A stretch of DNA of 62,987 bases, filler included, from Reticulomyxa filosa (lineage: Eukaryota; Protista; Foraminifera), in the NCBI GenBank assembly GCA_000512085.1. It is 24 parts of 24 records of this genome, joined end to end, with 100 filler letters (N's around TTAATTAATTAA, not from the genome) between each part and the next. Parts side by side here need not be neighbours in the genome. Positions count along the whole stretch, not along the records: positions 9,720 to 16,485 come from ASPP01008413.1; positions 16,586 to 17,585 come from ASPP01043564.1; positions 17,686 to 18,842 come from ASPP01050224.1; positions 18,943 to 20,783 come from ASPP01018848.1; positions 20,884 to 23,781 come from ASPP01042828.1; positions 23,882 to 26,708 come from ASPP01007991.1; 18 more parts are not named here. The stretch is one strand, 5' to 3'. Shown here in pieces: positions 12,963 through 26,645 of the stretch. The translations under genes and the position numbers were made by a program. The notes under the pieces were generated by a model. It was not told where the DNA came from. It did no database searches and was given only the letters and a program-made list of their open reading frames with translations. Positions within the stretch are counted from its first letter, which is position 1. Each line of letters starts with the position of its first letter.

Positions 12963-13441
12963 TTAATATCAGATTTCGACAAGGTTTTCCCTAAATGAAG
13001 GGGGTTTTTTTTAGAGAAAACTTCTTAATATTGTGAATTTATATTTGATGTTTGACAAAGGGATTTTTATTTGATTGCGATATATTATTTTTATTCTGAC
13101 AAGATTTAATTATGTTGCTTATTTTGGTAATGCAAGACGTATATTGACGACTTGTAAAAAGCACAACGTAGGAGGAGTTTTTTTATTGTTCAAGGTGGTA
13201 AAAAGGATTGGCTTACAAAAGAAAAAAAAAGTTGTGTTGAAAAACAGAATGTAGTGTCATAGAACTGAATTTCTAACGCAACGGAAAACCTCAAATTCAC
13301 AGTGTAACAAACGCACTGGGCACAACAGAAAAACAAAAGTCAACAAATTCTTTTTCAAATTTGAAAAGTCATTTTGGATTTCAATTGTTTTTGTGCCCTT
13401 TGGCTCATTTCTTCTTTGCCATTTCGGTTGAAAAGTATCAT

Positions 13442-14016
13442 TTAATCGGTTTCTTTCACCGTGGCAATAATTTCGTGCTCACGCAATAATACATATTCCT
13501 GTTTCAATTGAAGCCACATCAAGAAAAGACCCAACTTTTTTATTGTTCCAACAAACTCACACCAAAAAAAACAACTAACTTCATCATTTTGTTTAAATTC
13601 CACACCACCGAATTGAGGCAGTATCACCTTGTCACCAATCTTCAATGATATTTGAAGGCTCACTCCTTGGTCATTTCTTCCTCCAGGGCCTGTAGCAACG
13701 ACTGTTCCCTATTGTATCCGTGTTTTTTTTAACTTGTTGATGTTGGAAATTTCTGGAAATTTAGAACTTCTTTCTCCCTTCCTGATCAAAATTAACTTGG
13801 AACAACTCTTGCGATTTTGCTGAATCAGGTAAGTATAAGCCTCCACTTGTTTTTTTTGGTGCAGGTATTTTTTGGACCAACACGCGGTCAAACAATGGTT
13901 TTATGCGTTTTGCTAAATGTGCCTGTTAGTAGAGACGTGTCACCGGGTACGTAGCTAAAAGAGAAGAAATTATATTGAAGAGAAAAATAAAAAAAGAAGG
14001 GAACAAAGCATACCAT
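13442..14016 (-). CDS. HSP10: 10 kDa chaperonin (Cpn10/HSP10), with introns
   Basis: IKPLFDRVLVQ..KTSGGLYLPDSA, GTVVATGPG, GDKVILPQFGG, LLREHEIIA. The ATG is directly followed by a GT intron. Confidence 0.92.
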
Positions 14017-14217
14017 CTATTTCTTTTTGCTAAACTGTTAGAATGAGTAAGTTGAATGACAAGATTCTTACTTTTTTTAAAGAGTTTTTTCCTTCAAGAA
14101 ACACACCCCAAACGACACAAGGGTAGTCTAGAAAAAATTTTTGAGTAGTGGCTCCAAAAAAGCAAATTGATCCAAATGATCAATCTTCTTGAGTAATACT
14201 AAGCTGGAAATTGTTCT

Positions 14218-15270
14218 TCAAATTCTTTTTTCATTTTTTGCTTGTAGAATTTTGCAATTGAAGTAAAGTTGCAAAAGATTATGCATATATTGAGTCAGCT
14301 CTTTTTCCAGCGGTAAGTCTATATCCCTGAAAAACAAAAGAGAGATAATGAGACAAAGCCAATGTGGTGAAACGACATCCTGCCAAAGGGTAATTTTTGT
14401 GTGAAAGAAATCGAACAAAATTATATACAAACCTAAGGATTGAAAGTTGGCACAATCTCGAAGAAAAAATAATTAGACAGTTTGTGTAAAGGGCTTAACG
14501 CAAAAGCTTCAACACAAAACGTAGATCTCAACAAGAATGCCAAAAAGACTGAGAACAAGACAAAGTGGTATTTTATCACACAATAATCGTTTTACATAAA
14601 CAAAGAGGGGGAAAGAATTCCTTTTATATTACAGTTAATGAAGTTGTTTACTTTTTTGATTGAAAAGATTATGACTAAAACCCGTATTTATTTTTTTTAT
14701 AGTTTACTTTATTTTGCATCCAAAGATGTGTATACATTTATATTATTGAATACTTTTTTTTGAGTCTCAAAGATGTGTGCTCGTGCTATCCTTACGGACA
14801 CCTTGCCCTTCATCATTGGCGCCTTTGTTTGCTTCTACATTATCAAATGTTGCTCCCAAATTGTGACCACTTGATGTATTTATATAACTTCGGGATGATT
14901 TTGCTGGATTGCGACAACAAGACACTATTTAACAAACGAAATGTTATTATTTTTTTTTATGAAAGTGGGGAGAGGGAAAAAGGGCCCAAAAGAAATTTTT
15001 GAAGGTGGTTCAAAAAAAAAAATAAAACAAAAAGATGAAGTTTGCGGAACTACAACAATTGAAATGTTTGCCAGTTTTTGTGAATCTAGGAAGAACAAAC
15101 GCGCATGACAACAGAGAGCAAATGGTTAGCATAAAGATTGAAAACGATGAGATCAATAAAGTGATCAGCAAAAATACTGGGTTGCCAAACTGCGTTGCAA
15201 TGGTTTCATCGCCCAGATTTTTTTTAATGTGGAATGTGGATTGATAGTACACCTCTTCTGAATTTGACAT
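14218..15270 (-). pseudogene. Membrane protein gene or pseudogene fragments
   Basis: Hydrophobic ORF pieces (15010-15270, 14218-14590); no clean splice model found. Confidence 0.25.
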
Positions 15271-15565
15271 TGTCAGCTCTTCTGGAATACCGGCACAACT
15301 CAGTCAAATATCCAACGTTCAAGGGGGAACCAAAAATTGTTTTTTTTTTTGAGTTTTGCAAAAACCAAAGACTATGGTGACATACTGTATCAGCTTGAAA
15401 GTTAATGCTCGAAGTCTTAAATAGAAAAATAGAAAGTCGAAACATTTGAAATCGATGGAAGTGAAAAAGAATGAAAAGTGTTTAAGTTATAGGATTGTTA
15501 CTCAATCAGAATAGCCAAGCAATGTCAAGGATAGCAGCTCCTCACTCGTTTTGTAAAAAAATAAT

Positions 15566-15967
15566 TTATTTTTCATCAAAAAGCGTCAAAAGACGCTGAG
15601 TGATTTCTGGCAATCCGACAGAATCGACATCGATGACCTCCTCGTTTTCAGGAGCCTTTGTTGAGTTGTTGGCTTCAGGAGCAGATTCAGGTTGAGCTTG
15701 TTCTTCACTGTCAATGATCTGATTCGAAGCCTGGCTATATTCGGTCAAAATCATTTTGACTTCGTCAATGTCCATATCATTGCGATTCAAAACTTGGACA
15801 AGTCTCTCTGATATTTCCACGTCGCGAAGCGTCCATAGGAACCCAATGATAATATCAATCATTTGCAAAGTGTATAGCCCGCTTTCTAATCGACGAGCGT
15901 ACCTCTCTGCCGGGGTTTCCTCAGGTAGATCGTTCTTTGTTGTGTGATTCAACGATAAGATATATAC

Positions 15968-15999
<32 letters not shown>

Positions 16000-16438
16000 G
16001 TATATGTATTTGTATATCTGTTATGTATAGCAAAACTTGCTTTCGTAAAACGCTTTCTTCCTGGTCATTTTTTTCCAAAATGTTGAAATATTTGACATGC
16101 AATTCCACTAATTTATCGATTTTTTCAAAATCTTTTTCGCGAAATTTTTGGATCAATCGTAGTAATTCCTCGTCACTGACGTGTGTAAACAATTGAACAA
16201 TGGTGACGCACGTGTGTTCCTCGATTTCTTTTTTATCCCATTTGTATTTCTTATGTTTCGCGTCGCTGATCACCGCATTCATAAAATAGGCAAACACTGT
16301 CTTCAGTCCACTTTCGCGAATCAGTTTCACACAGTTGTTTCGATGGTCACTCACTGCAAAACTCAAGCATTTTATTCCACCCGCCCTCACAAAGCGGTTG
16401 CTCCTATTTGCAATTCGATCATAGTTTAATAATAACAA
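15566..16438 (-). CDS. CTNNBL1: Beta-catenin-like protein 1 (Prp19 complex), C-terminal part
   Basis: GLKTVFAYFM, EEH..TIVQL, KFREKDFEKIDKLVELH, YARRLESGLYTLQ..D. An in-frame intron with a TA microsatellite lies at ~15930-16037. Confidence 0.88.
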
Positions 16439-16994
16439 TAAAATAATAATAATAATAATAAATATATATTTATTATTATTATTATNNNNNNNNNNNNNNN
16501 NNNNNNNNNNNNNNNNNNNNNNNNNNNNNTTAATTAATTAANNNNNNNNNNNNNNNNNNNNNNNNNNNNNNNNNNNNNNNNNNNNAAAAAAATCTTCATT
16601 TGATATTTAGCGCACAGATATCATTACGATTAAGGAAATTCAAGTTCACACTATCACACAAAATAAGAAAAAAGGACATTACTTGAAACATTGAATTAAA
16701 TACATCCAAGATTAATGCCTTTGGAAGGAAAGACAGAAACAAAAAAAAATAGAAAAAAGTAGAATCTAAAAAACTTAAACTGCCGTAACTCCCAAAATTG
16801 GACGCAAAAGAAAATCATTCTCACCCAAGACAACAATCCATGACGAAAAATAATAGAGGATGACCAAACATAAAAAATCTTGAGTGACATTTGAAAAACC
16901 GCTTTACACGTAACGTTCCAACTTCCTTGCAACAAAAGAGGAAAGGGAGGAACATTGTGAATATTGAAATATCACAAAAATCTGTTTTATGCTG

Positions 16995-17585
16995 TCATTC
17001 GTACAAATTTTTCGCTCCTCTTTTCAAATAAACTTTGAGAAATTCTTTCATATCGGCAAAAACAACTCCGACAAACACCAACATGAGAGAAATGACAACT
17101 TCGAGTTTGGCAAGCAAAGCAGTGTCATTTTGAGAGGATAAATAAGTGTAGCACATTTCAATTTTGGAACCATAAGAGCAAATTTGTTTTACAAGTTCTC
17201 GATACGTAGAATTATCATATACTTTGCCATGAGATTTATCTTTCAAACTTTCCCAAAGTTTCCCTACACCTTTTTGTTTACATTTCCTTGCTGATTTCTG
17301 TGCATACATCTCCAAAATCGTCGAAACTTGGAGAAGCGTGGATTGGCAGTCGTCTATTTTTTTGAGAAAGAAATCGTTGTTCTGAGGGATGTTTTGCTGC
17401 AACCACGAGAAATCAGTTTCGTCGCCAAATGTATTTTCTAAGCATTTGGCAACAACATGAAAAGTGTCCAATTTTTGGTCGTATTTGGACACCAACACTT
17501 TGTTTTGTGCCCAAATGGCCTTTGGAATAAATAATTTGTCATTTAGAAAAGCACCACAAGTAATCGATTTTGCAATGATACTAAG
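16995..17585 (-). CDS. Hypothetical protein, C-terminal part
   Basis: Open frame from the contig edge; GAFLNDKLFIPKAIWAQ is followed by a helical region. Confidence 0.55.
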   Translation of the reverse strand, partial: LSIIAKSITCGAFLNDKLFIPKAIWAQNKVLVSKYDQKLDTFHVVAKCLENTFGDETDFSWLQQNIPQNNDFFLKKIDDCQSTLLQVSTILEMYAQKSARKCKQKGVGKLWESLKDKSHGKVYDNSTYRELVKQICSYGSKIEMCYTYLSSQNDTALLAKLEVVISLMLVFVGVVFADMKEFLKVYLKRGAKNLYE

Positions 17586-18036
17586 NNNNNNNNNNNNNNN
17601 NNNNNNNNNNNNNNNNNNNNNNNNNNNNNTTAATTAATTAANNNNNNNNNNNNNNNNNNNNNNNNNNNNNNNNNNNNNNNNNNNNCAAAAGGCCGAGAAG
17701 GTATGAACAAAATTAAAAAATATTCATATCCAAACAGTACAAAAATATCTGTTGATAAATTATTTTGATATCATATTACGCTGTTTCTTCTGCACCTTAT
17801 TCAAACTTCTTTTTTCCTCATATTCAAGCAAAAATACAATATTTAAATAAATTTTTCATTCATCAATATTTTATTACCCTTTTTTTGCTTTTAATGTACC
17901 TTGTTTCATTCATCTATTTTTATGGCTGAGAAGTAGTACGTATAATTCTTATTCAGAACGTGCTGCGAAAAACCCTTTCAAATATTTTTTCATCTTGCGT
18001 CATCGAAACTAATCTGAAAAGAAAAAAAAAAAAAGA

Positions 18037-18842
18037 ATGACTAGCCATGAAAAAGAAACTTCGACGCAATCAGCATTGGTAAGCTCATTCAATCTTTCAG
18101 ACTGTTGGCTGTTTTTATTGAATTTTTTTTTTTACATGTGACTAGTCAGAAGAAGAAAGGACCCAAATCATTATTCAACACTGGATTAGAATATTAAAGA
18201 TTAAATTAGGATGGATCGATGAGTTTGACAAAATTGTTGTCAATTATGTTAGTGTATTTTTTTGTTTTTTTATTTGATGACAAACAAAATATTCCAAATA
18301 TTTATTTGATTATATCATGTGTTCATTATTGAACGCAGTCAATCACAGTCTTCATGCTTGATCCATTTTGCTCGACATCTAAATTACTCAATACATTCAT
18401 TGGACATACTAGATATGTTTGGAGCATTGATTGTTCGACATTCGATGATGGCCAACTCATTTGTTCTGGCTCAGATGATTGTACTGTTCGTGTATGGGAT
18501 GTTGAGACTAACAAACAAATTCATTTATTCGATGAACATTCAAATAATGTGTATTGTGTAAAATTTTCAACATATCATTATTATAATAATCATTGCAATG
18601 TCATTTGTTTTTCATCATATGACAGTACCATTCGTTTTTGGGATTACAAAAATAATCAACAATTACAAATATATAATGAACACGATAGCTGGGTTGGTGG
18701 AATTGAATTTTCATCATTTAATGGTGGTAGATATTTGTGTTCTGGATCTAGTGACAAAACTATACGTTTATGGGATGTTGAAACATCCAAATCATTACAT
18801 GTTTTCAATGGACATGAACGTAGTGTTTGGTGTGTTGATATT
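18037..18842 (+). CDS. WD40-repeat protein, same family, 3' truncated (exons 18037-18078, 18146-18247, 18339-)
   Basis: Same exon structure and exon-2 motif SEEERTQIIIQHWIRILKIKLGWIDEFDKIVVNY; WD repeats. Confidence 0.9.
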
Positions 18843-18942
18843 NNNNNNNNNNNNNNNNNNNNNNNNNNNNNNNNNNNNNNNNNNNNTTAATTAATTAANN
18901 NNNNNNNNNNNNNNNNNNNNNNNNNNNNNNNNNNNNNNNNNN

Positions 18943-19385
18943 AAGTAGCATGTGCCGAAAAGGATATGGACTACATCCCATTGATTGTCGAGACAATGGG
19001 TGGATGGCATGCAGAAGCAAAATCATTTCTAAGGAAACTTGCCACAGTATTGGCCGACAAGGAACAAACACCTACAGCAGATGCCTTAGCATCAATATAC
19101 AGAGTACTAAGTGTCGCTCTTCAAAAAGGAAATGCAATATCAATTTGCACTCACTGCAACTTTTAATGCAGTACTTTTCGTTGTTTCGTTTTTCGTTTTT
19201 TTTTGTTTCTTTTCTTTTTAATTTAATTCGTTCGTTTTTTCAGTTGATGTACGTACAATTTTTGGTACGTACAGTTTCAGCAACGTGTGTGTTTTGTAAA
19301 GTTTGGTGGAAAATGGGGACTTTAGAATTTTTTAATTCTTTAATTTAAAACAATTTCGTTTCTAGAAAAAAAAAAAAAAAAAAAA
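18943..19385 (+). mobile_element. 3' end of an RLE-type (CRE/R2-like) non-LTR retrotransposon: ORF end, 3' UTR, A20
   Basis: C...YIPLIVETMGGW...FLRKLA...LSVALQKGNA matches the terminal motif of restriction-like-endonuclease retroposons. Stop at 19166, T-rich UTR, A20 at 19366-19385. Confidence 0.75.
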
Positions 19386-20431
19386 GATATCGAAACGATA
19401 ATTGATCATTGGATACATTTATCCTCAATTAATAAAATTGGATGGATTGATGATTTTAATGTTATTATTTTACGATATACTTTGTATGTATATTTTTTTT
19501 AATTTTTTTTTTGTCCAAGTGTATAATACAAAAAATAAATAAATAGGTAAAGTACTTCAAATCATTGAAAGTGTTTCAAGGACATTCCAAGCGTGTAAAC
19601 AGTGTGAAATTTTCACCTGATGGTACCAAAATTGTTTCGTCTTCAGATGATGAGACAATTAAAATATGGGATGTAGAGTCAGGAAATGTTATTCAAGAAC
19701 TGAAAGGACATCTTGATTATGTAAAAGACGCACAATTTTCATTAGATGCAAGTATGATTGTGTCATGTTCCAAGGACAAAACTATTCGATTGTGGGATAT
19801 GAAATCATGCACGGAAATAAAAAAGCTGGAGGAGAATATGTATTGCTCGAGAGTACAGTTTTCACCAGATGGAACAATAATTGTAGCTGGCTCATATGAT
19901 AATACAATAAAAATATGGGATGTAAATTCCGGAAAAGAGATTCAAATATTGCGACATGCAAATACCGTTAATGATGTACAATTTTCGGCAAATGGCCAAC
20001 TAATTATATCATCATCACAAGACAAATTAATTCAAATTTGGAATGTAAAATCAGGTGAATTAATACATATATTGAGTGCACATTTAGGTGGGGTGATGAA
20101 AGCACAATTTTCTTCTGATGGTAAATTTATCATTTCATGCTCAGCGGACAAGACAATTCGAATTTGGGATGCAATATTAGGAAAGCAATTGGAAATTTTG
20201 AAAGGACATCTGGATGTGATAAATGATGTGAAATATCTTCCAGATGAGCAAACTATTGTGTCATGTTCAAGTGATAACATGATTTGTTTGTGGGATGTAC
20301 AGTTAAAAATGAAAGCACAACAATTGAGAGGGCATTCCAGTGAGGTAACAGGATTAGATATTTCATCACATGGAAATATCATTGCATCGTCTTCAAATGA
20401 TACAACAATTAGGTTGTGGAAACTACTGTAA
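19386..20431 (+). CDS. WD40-repeat protein (FSPDG subfamily), first exon not found
   Basis: Exon DIETIIDHWIHLSSINKIGWIDDFNVIILRY, intron to 19546, then 7 WD repeats. Confidence 0.85.
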
Positions 20432-20883
20432 ATAGAAGTTATAAGAAAGCAAACATAAAAAATATTCGGTGATGTTATCGAAGAGGGATAATTGATGAAA
20501 CAACTGAAAACACAAATTGAAATGTATCACAGATAATTAAAATTGGAAAAATATTTTTTTATCTCGGCATAAAATAATTGATTTCATTTTGATTAAAAAA
20601 AGAAAAGTGATTCAACTTTCTTTTCACAAAACGTGTTGCTTTTTTTTCCCATCAGAATATCTATCCCCACATACAAATGGGCCCCTTTAATGTTCCATAA
20701 CATAAACTATAATTATAATTACTACCATTAGCAACATTTCTTTCTCCATTCTTCAATGCCACAAATTCAATACATCTTATTCCNNNNNNNNNNNNNNNNN
20801 NNNNNNNNNNNNNNNNNNNNNNNNNNNTTAATTAATTAANNNNNNNNNNNNNNNNNNNNNNNNNNNNNNNNNNNNNNNNNNNN

Positions 20884-21019
20884 ATATTTAAAAACTACAA
20901 GGCTTGTAGATATTTTTTTAAAAAAAAATTAGCTTTAAATGTTTGTTTTTCATTAAGAAAATCTATCATCTTCATAAGGTAGCATTTTAGGTGTTCAGTT
21001 TTTTTTGCAACATAATGTA
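20884..21019. mobile_element. MITE right arm
   Basis: Matches 1125-1245; ends ...GCAACATAATG|TA. Confidence 0.7.
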
Positions 21020-22806
21020 GCATCCTTCTACAAATCATTGTCTTCACTTGGAATTGACTTGTTTATTTAAAATAAAAGATACTTATTTTCAGGAAATACA
21101 CTTATGAAAATAACAGATTGACTATCTTTTGTTGTGGAATAGCTTCATAGATTTAGCCAAAGATATTATATTCTCTTGACACTTGCGAGCAAGTCATTAC
21201 ATCCAATATTTTTATCTTCCACAAAATCAGGTTTGTTCTTTTGATAGTGTCTCCCCTTGAGCAAACCGAAGTCACATATGTAATAAATTTGTCATTGTCT
21301 TTGGGTACTTTGCTATTTTTTCGTTAGCCCTTTTCTACAATTTACATCAAATATTGAATTGTAAAACTCTAGCTGCCAAAGTGCTTCCATAAACATTGAC
21401 TCCTTTTTGTTTTGTTTAAGTTTATTGCTATTATGAACAGGTTTAATTTTTTGATTTCCATAAAAACTTTTTTTTTAACACATTGTTTTATTAAATCCAT
21501 AAAATACACACCATTAGTTATTGTAATTCTTTGGTGTGTTCTTTTTTTTTTTTTAATAAATCTACCAACCATAAGTTTCATATTACTGTTCAAATGTTAG
21601 TTTTTTTTAAATCAGCTCATAATAATATCACATTAATAAAATTTTCCAGCACAAACTCACTTTGGATAAATTAAATGCATTTGTGTTTTGAATGATGGTC
21701 ACTTAAAACGTCTTTGCTGTAATGTCCAGCTCTGTAGAAAATTTTACTATTCTTTGTGAAGTATTGATATATTTTAAGAAGGAAAAAGGTGAACAAAGGC
21801 CGGACAAAGAAAAATGAGGACTCGATCATAAACGCCCATAAGACATTGCGCTTTGAGTATTTCCTCACAAGGACAAAAACTAAATGTCTCTTTCCGCCCG
21901 AGTCTTTTGTCAAGCCATTTCTGGAGCTTTTATTAAAAGATGTGGATTGAGTATTAGTAGAAGGCTGCAGCGTATTGGCATTTCCGAGATCGTCTATGGA
22001 GGCAGTAAACTTTGGGAATATGACACCTATATTTTTGGATTTTATTTAGTGCAAATATTTAATTTTTTTAAAAAAAGTTAAACGCTCCACCCACCAAAAA
22101 AAAAAGAAAAAAAATGTTACGTGCATCATTTTTGCTGGCAAATGATACACGTGATTGATTACTCACTTGTCCTTCTTCTTCAATGTTGGAAACGTGTCAG
22201 TTAGTCTGAATGTTATCATTTTTCCAGGGAACACCAGTTCTGTGCTCGGTGTGATAAATCCATTCAAGCTGTCTACAGTTAAGTTGTCAACCGTGACAAT
22301 AGTTTCAAAAGTTCAAAGTCGTCCCCCACACAAAGTACATTGTAATTTTTTTTTGGAATAACCCCCTTTTTTTGGTGTGACGGACCTCTTTTTTTCTTTT
22401 TTGTTTTTGTTTGCCAAACTATTTTTTAAAAGTTTGCTTTTGAATTGGCTGTGGTGGTAGTGTTCTTTGTGCTTCTGTTTAAAAAAAAACAATAACGCTA
22501 AAAGGTAGAACAAAATATAGAAAAAAAAAGAAACTCAATTATCAAGCCGAACTGAAGCAATCCAAAGATTATACCAATGATGCTGCCAATTAATAATCAA
22601 AGAATAACTTTTTTGGTGTTCACAATATTGCATTTTTAATTTATCAAAATATAAAATCGATTTGTAGTTGCTGTTGCAAAAATGTTCGCTTTTCTTTTTC
22701 ATCACGCGATTGAAGAAAGAGTCCAAATTACACAATCGGGATAATAGATCTATTCTGATAGATACGTAATAACCACTTGACAAGTTCGTTCTAAAAACAA
22801 AATTGA

Positions 22807-23781
22807 TGAAAGGTTTGTTTCGTGTTGTTCGAAAGTCTTTGCGTCAAGCCCTTTTTGCACATTAACTTGAAAGGGAAGTTTAGAGTTAAACAGAAAAGGA
22901 AGATCGGCCAATGAGGTACATTCTTGTTTCTTGCTATATAATAAGGTGGCACTACTTTTTAAATGTTTGATTTAGTACCGAAACTGTTACACAAAACGAG
23001 AAAGTAGCAAGTAACAAAGACAATTCAAATGGTCAAACTTGTGAAGCGAATACTCACTTTGAGAAGACAGTCCAAAGCAAAGATGTAGATGACCATAAAT
23101 TGAAAATACTTAGGGCAGATAGTGTTTCTGGAGTTACTTTTTCTTTTTTTAATCATTTTCAGTGTCGCTTCAGCTCTTTCAGGAATCATGTTCAAATATT
23201 ATGCCACAGCCGCAAACTGTGCCAACCACCTCTAGTAGCCCTTACGTAGACAAAGAAAATCGAGCCACCACTGATGACAATACTGGTAAAGAAAAAGAGA
23301 TCGAAATCACTATTCTTGATACAAAAAAAGCAAGTGAAATGAATCAAAATAAGTGTTTGAAGGAAGACTCACAGCAAATCCCAGACAAAGTGAGTCTGTT
23401 TTGTGTGTGTGTGTGTTTTCATAGTATGGCAATAACAGTCTGTCTTCTTTTTTGTTCAAAAAAAAAAAAATGTGCACAAACGTGTAACCACAAGATTGAA
23501 GAGCAGAAACAGATGGCATCGAACGAAATGATAGAAGAGGAAAAAAGAGCAAAACAAATACAAGTTAAGTTTCAAAAGTGCTTTTAGTTTTTTTTTTCTT
23601 CTCCTCGATTTTTTAATCAGAGCCGCGCATCTTCGCATAGGATAATATTGGAGCCAGCCAATTAGAAGATAGTTTTAAGAACCGAGTTTTGTTCATTTTG
23701 CGGCAAAGTATATTTTGTTAATGTATTGATTGGCCAGTTTTTATTTTTTAAGTGACAAATTGACAAACAAAAAAAGTTTCG
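22807..23781 (+). CDS. Hypothetical multi-exon protein, partial
   Basis: Coding-like exons separated by GT-AG introns; ORF 23162-23587. Confidence 0.35.
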
Positions 23782-24003
23782 NNNNNNNNNNNNNNNNNNN
23801 NNNNNNNNNNNNNNNNNNNNNNNNNTTAATTAATTAANNNNNNNNNNNNNNNNNNNNNNNNNNNNNNNNNNNNNNNNNNNNTTTTTTGAAATATGGAAAA
23901 AAAAAAAAAACAAGGCAAAAATATAGAGGATTCAAACAATGAAACTATGAACATTGAAACATGCATACATGTACACATGTACACACACACTTTCTATAAA
24001 ACA

Positions 24004-25300
24004 GAGAAAAGAATTAAAAAGTCTGCTGCGAGATAAGCTTGGAATGTCTGTTCGAGATGCCGACACATTGGCCAAAGCGCTGCCTCCTTTGGATCCTCAG
24101 CCACAAATTCCATCTTCACAAACAATTCCACACAAAGGTAATGAAAAAGAAAAAGAAAAAGAAAAGGAAAGAATCAAAGACAAAGAAAAAGAGAAGGCAC
24201 AAGCACAAACAAAAGAAAAAGAAAAAGAAAAAGAAAAAACAAAAGAAAATTTGAAACCAAGCAACCAATCCACAAAAAATCAAGAAAAAGAAACGTCTTC
24301 GAAATCTCAATCGACTTTGACAAAATCTGTGTCTTCAGCTGATCCATCTCAACAAAGTCAAGATGCATTATGGGAAAAAGTACAAGACAGTTGGGTTATT
24401 TTATTGTATTGTTTTTCCATTCTTTTTTTTTTTTAGAAATTGATGCGATGCAAAAAAATATATAACACAATGCAAAAAAATAAAAATAAAAAAATAAAAA
24501 TCCAAAAAGCTCCAAAGTATTTGAAAACAGACGCATTACAAATGTTTTCAAATTACAAGGAGTTGAAGCAATTGTCGGAGCAACTGTTAATGAAAAGCAG
24601 CAAATAAAAGTGGAAAAATCGAATTCAACACGCGAAATCGATGCTTTTTATGAGCAACTAACCAATCAAATTCAACAATGGAAACGCCAAGCGCTTTCTT
24701 ATGTGCAAAAGACGTATGACAAAACCATCGAAGAGCTGGACTTATCCGCCGGGAAATTGCATTCTACGATTGACAAGATTAATGGAGCCTATTCGCAAGC
24801 CATGCAACAACATACCAATGGAGAGCCCTTTGAAGCTTTGGCTACTATTCGAACTGGTTTTTTGTTTTTCTATTTTTTATTATTACGAGTATTTATTTTC
24901 AAACACAAAGAGAAGAGGACGAAAGGAAGGGGGGGGGGGGGGGAAATATATGTATCATTTCCACCATAAACTTCATAGTCGCACTTTCCAAAAGTGATGG
25001 CAAAGTGTCATTTGAACGGCCAAAAGTTGATTATTCGGCTTGGCAAAGCATCAAACCTATATTCCCTGTTGTCAATCATAGTTCTTGTGTATTTACCACA
25101 AACAATGAAATTCAAACTCAAATGTCTGCTTCGGCCCCGTTACAGGTTTGTTGACTTTTTTTCCCCTTCACTCCCTTGTCCCTCTTTCTCTCCTCTCAAT
25201 TCCATTAATTCAAAACAAATGAAACACTGGAATTCAAACATAAAAAAAAAGAGTGGGTGGGAAAATATTAAAAAACAAAAAATGTAGCCCAAATAGTGTG
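24004..25300 (+). CDS. Hypothetical multi-exon protein with KE-rich and coiled-coil regions
   Basis: ORFs 23954-24436 and 24610-24969 flanked by GT/AG introns. Confidence 0.5.
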
Positions 25301-26504
25301 CGGATACAATTTGCAGTACAAATTACATTGTCACAAGAGAAGCGAAATCGAGTCTATTTTAGGCCTCATTTCCAAATAAAAAGTACCTTTTCAGTATTTG
25401 TATGGCATGTATTCAAAATTCAATTGCAAATGCAAATTTTTTGAGTACTTTGGTACATGCCGACAAATTCATACAAAAGATATTGAAATGCACAGAGTAA
25501 CGTACTAATTGTTTTGCTGTGATAACTAAGAGAAGGGACTTTTTGTGTTTTGTTTTCCTTTGGCTCAGCAAGTCAGTTACTCAGATGCGTCGATAAACAC
25601 TAACACGAGGGTAAGGGAGAGAAGAGAAAAAAAAAGCAATACAATTTAGATATCTCTTCCACAGTAAATTGTCCTTTTACAGCCTTTCAAAAATTTAAGA
25701 ACAAAAACTCAAATTAAATAATATTCAAAACTTAAATTTCTTTTTTATTATTTATATATTCCAAAGTAGTATTTGAAGGGCAAAAGTGGACCAAAGTAAA
25801 TATTATTCATTGACTCATTTGTGAAATTAACCTTGTTTAAGCAAGCTTGATGAAAATGCACATGATCCAAATTCGCATTGCTAAAATTAGCTCACAAGAA
25901 ATACACGATCTAAAATTGCATAAGGAATTATTCAGAGGCATTAGTTTCACAGTAACATTGTTGAAGGAATAATAAAAAACATAGTGTTTAAGAACTCGTC
26001 ATATAAATGGACAGATATAGCGTACACTGGAGTGTTAGGAGGTATTACTGTGATTTGAGGGACAAAGTTTTATTATACCACTCAATATTCTCTGCAAATA
26101 CAGAACTGGTTCTGCCTGCTTTGAGATTGTTGGCACATTCTGCTGCTGTGTCCAGAAGCCTTTCAAAAGTAAGTGAAATGAGGACCAAGCTATGACCGTC
26201 CTCAAGGAACTGACCCACAACAAGCACAATTATGGTATCGTACTTTACGTACCCAAGTTTTGTTCTTTTTTTTGTGTTAATGACAAAAAAAAAAGATTGT
26301 CAATTTTGCAAATGATAACAATATTTGTCTAGGAAATTGTAAAGCGTTCTTAGAATACGTTCGATCCATTATTTGCAACATACTGTAATTAAGAATACAA
26401 TTTTAAAAAAAGTAATTATTTAACTTGATAACGGAAGTACGCACCCAACAGACTTAAAGCACTAACAGCTTGAACAGCACATTTTCCAAACACCTCATAA
26501 CCAA

Positions 26505-26645
26505 ATATAGAATCAATCAAAAAACTGAACTCCTAAAACGATATCTTATGATGATAATTGATTTTCTCCATGAAAAATCAACATTTAGACATAATTTTTT
26601 TTTTATTTTAAAAAATATTTACAGATATTGTAGTTTTTAAATATG
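26505..26645. mobile_element. MITE left arm
   Basis: ATTGATTTTCTCCATGAAAAATCAACATTTAGAC...TTGTAGTTTTTAAATAT is the reverse complement of the 20884 arm. Confidence 0.65.

Noticed and set aside
26007-26195. Possible URB1/Npa1-like fragment
   Set aside because: Too short, and the resemblance is too weak to support a call.
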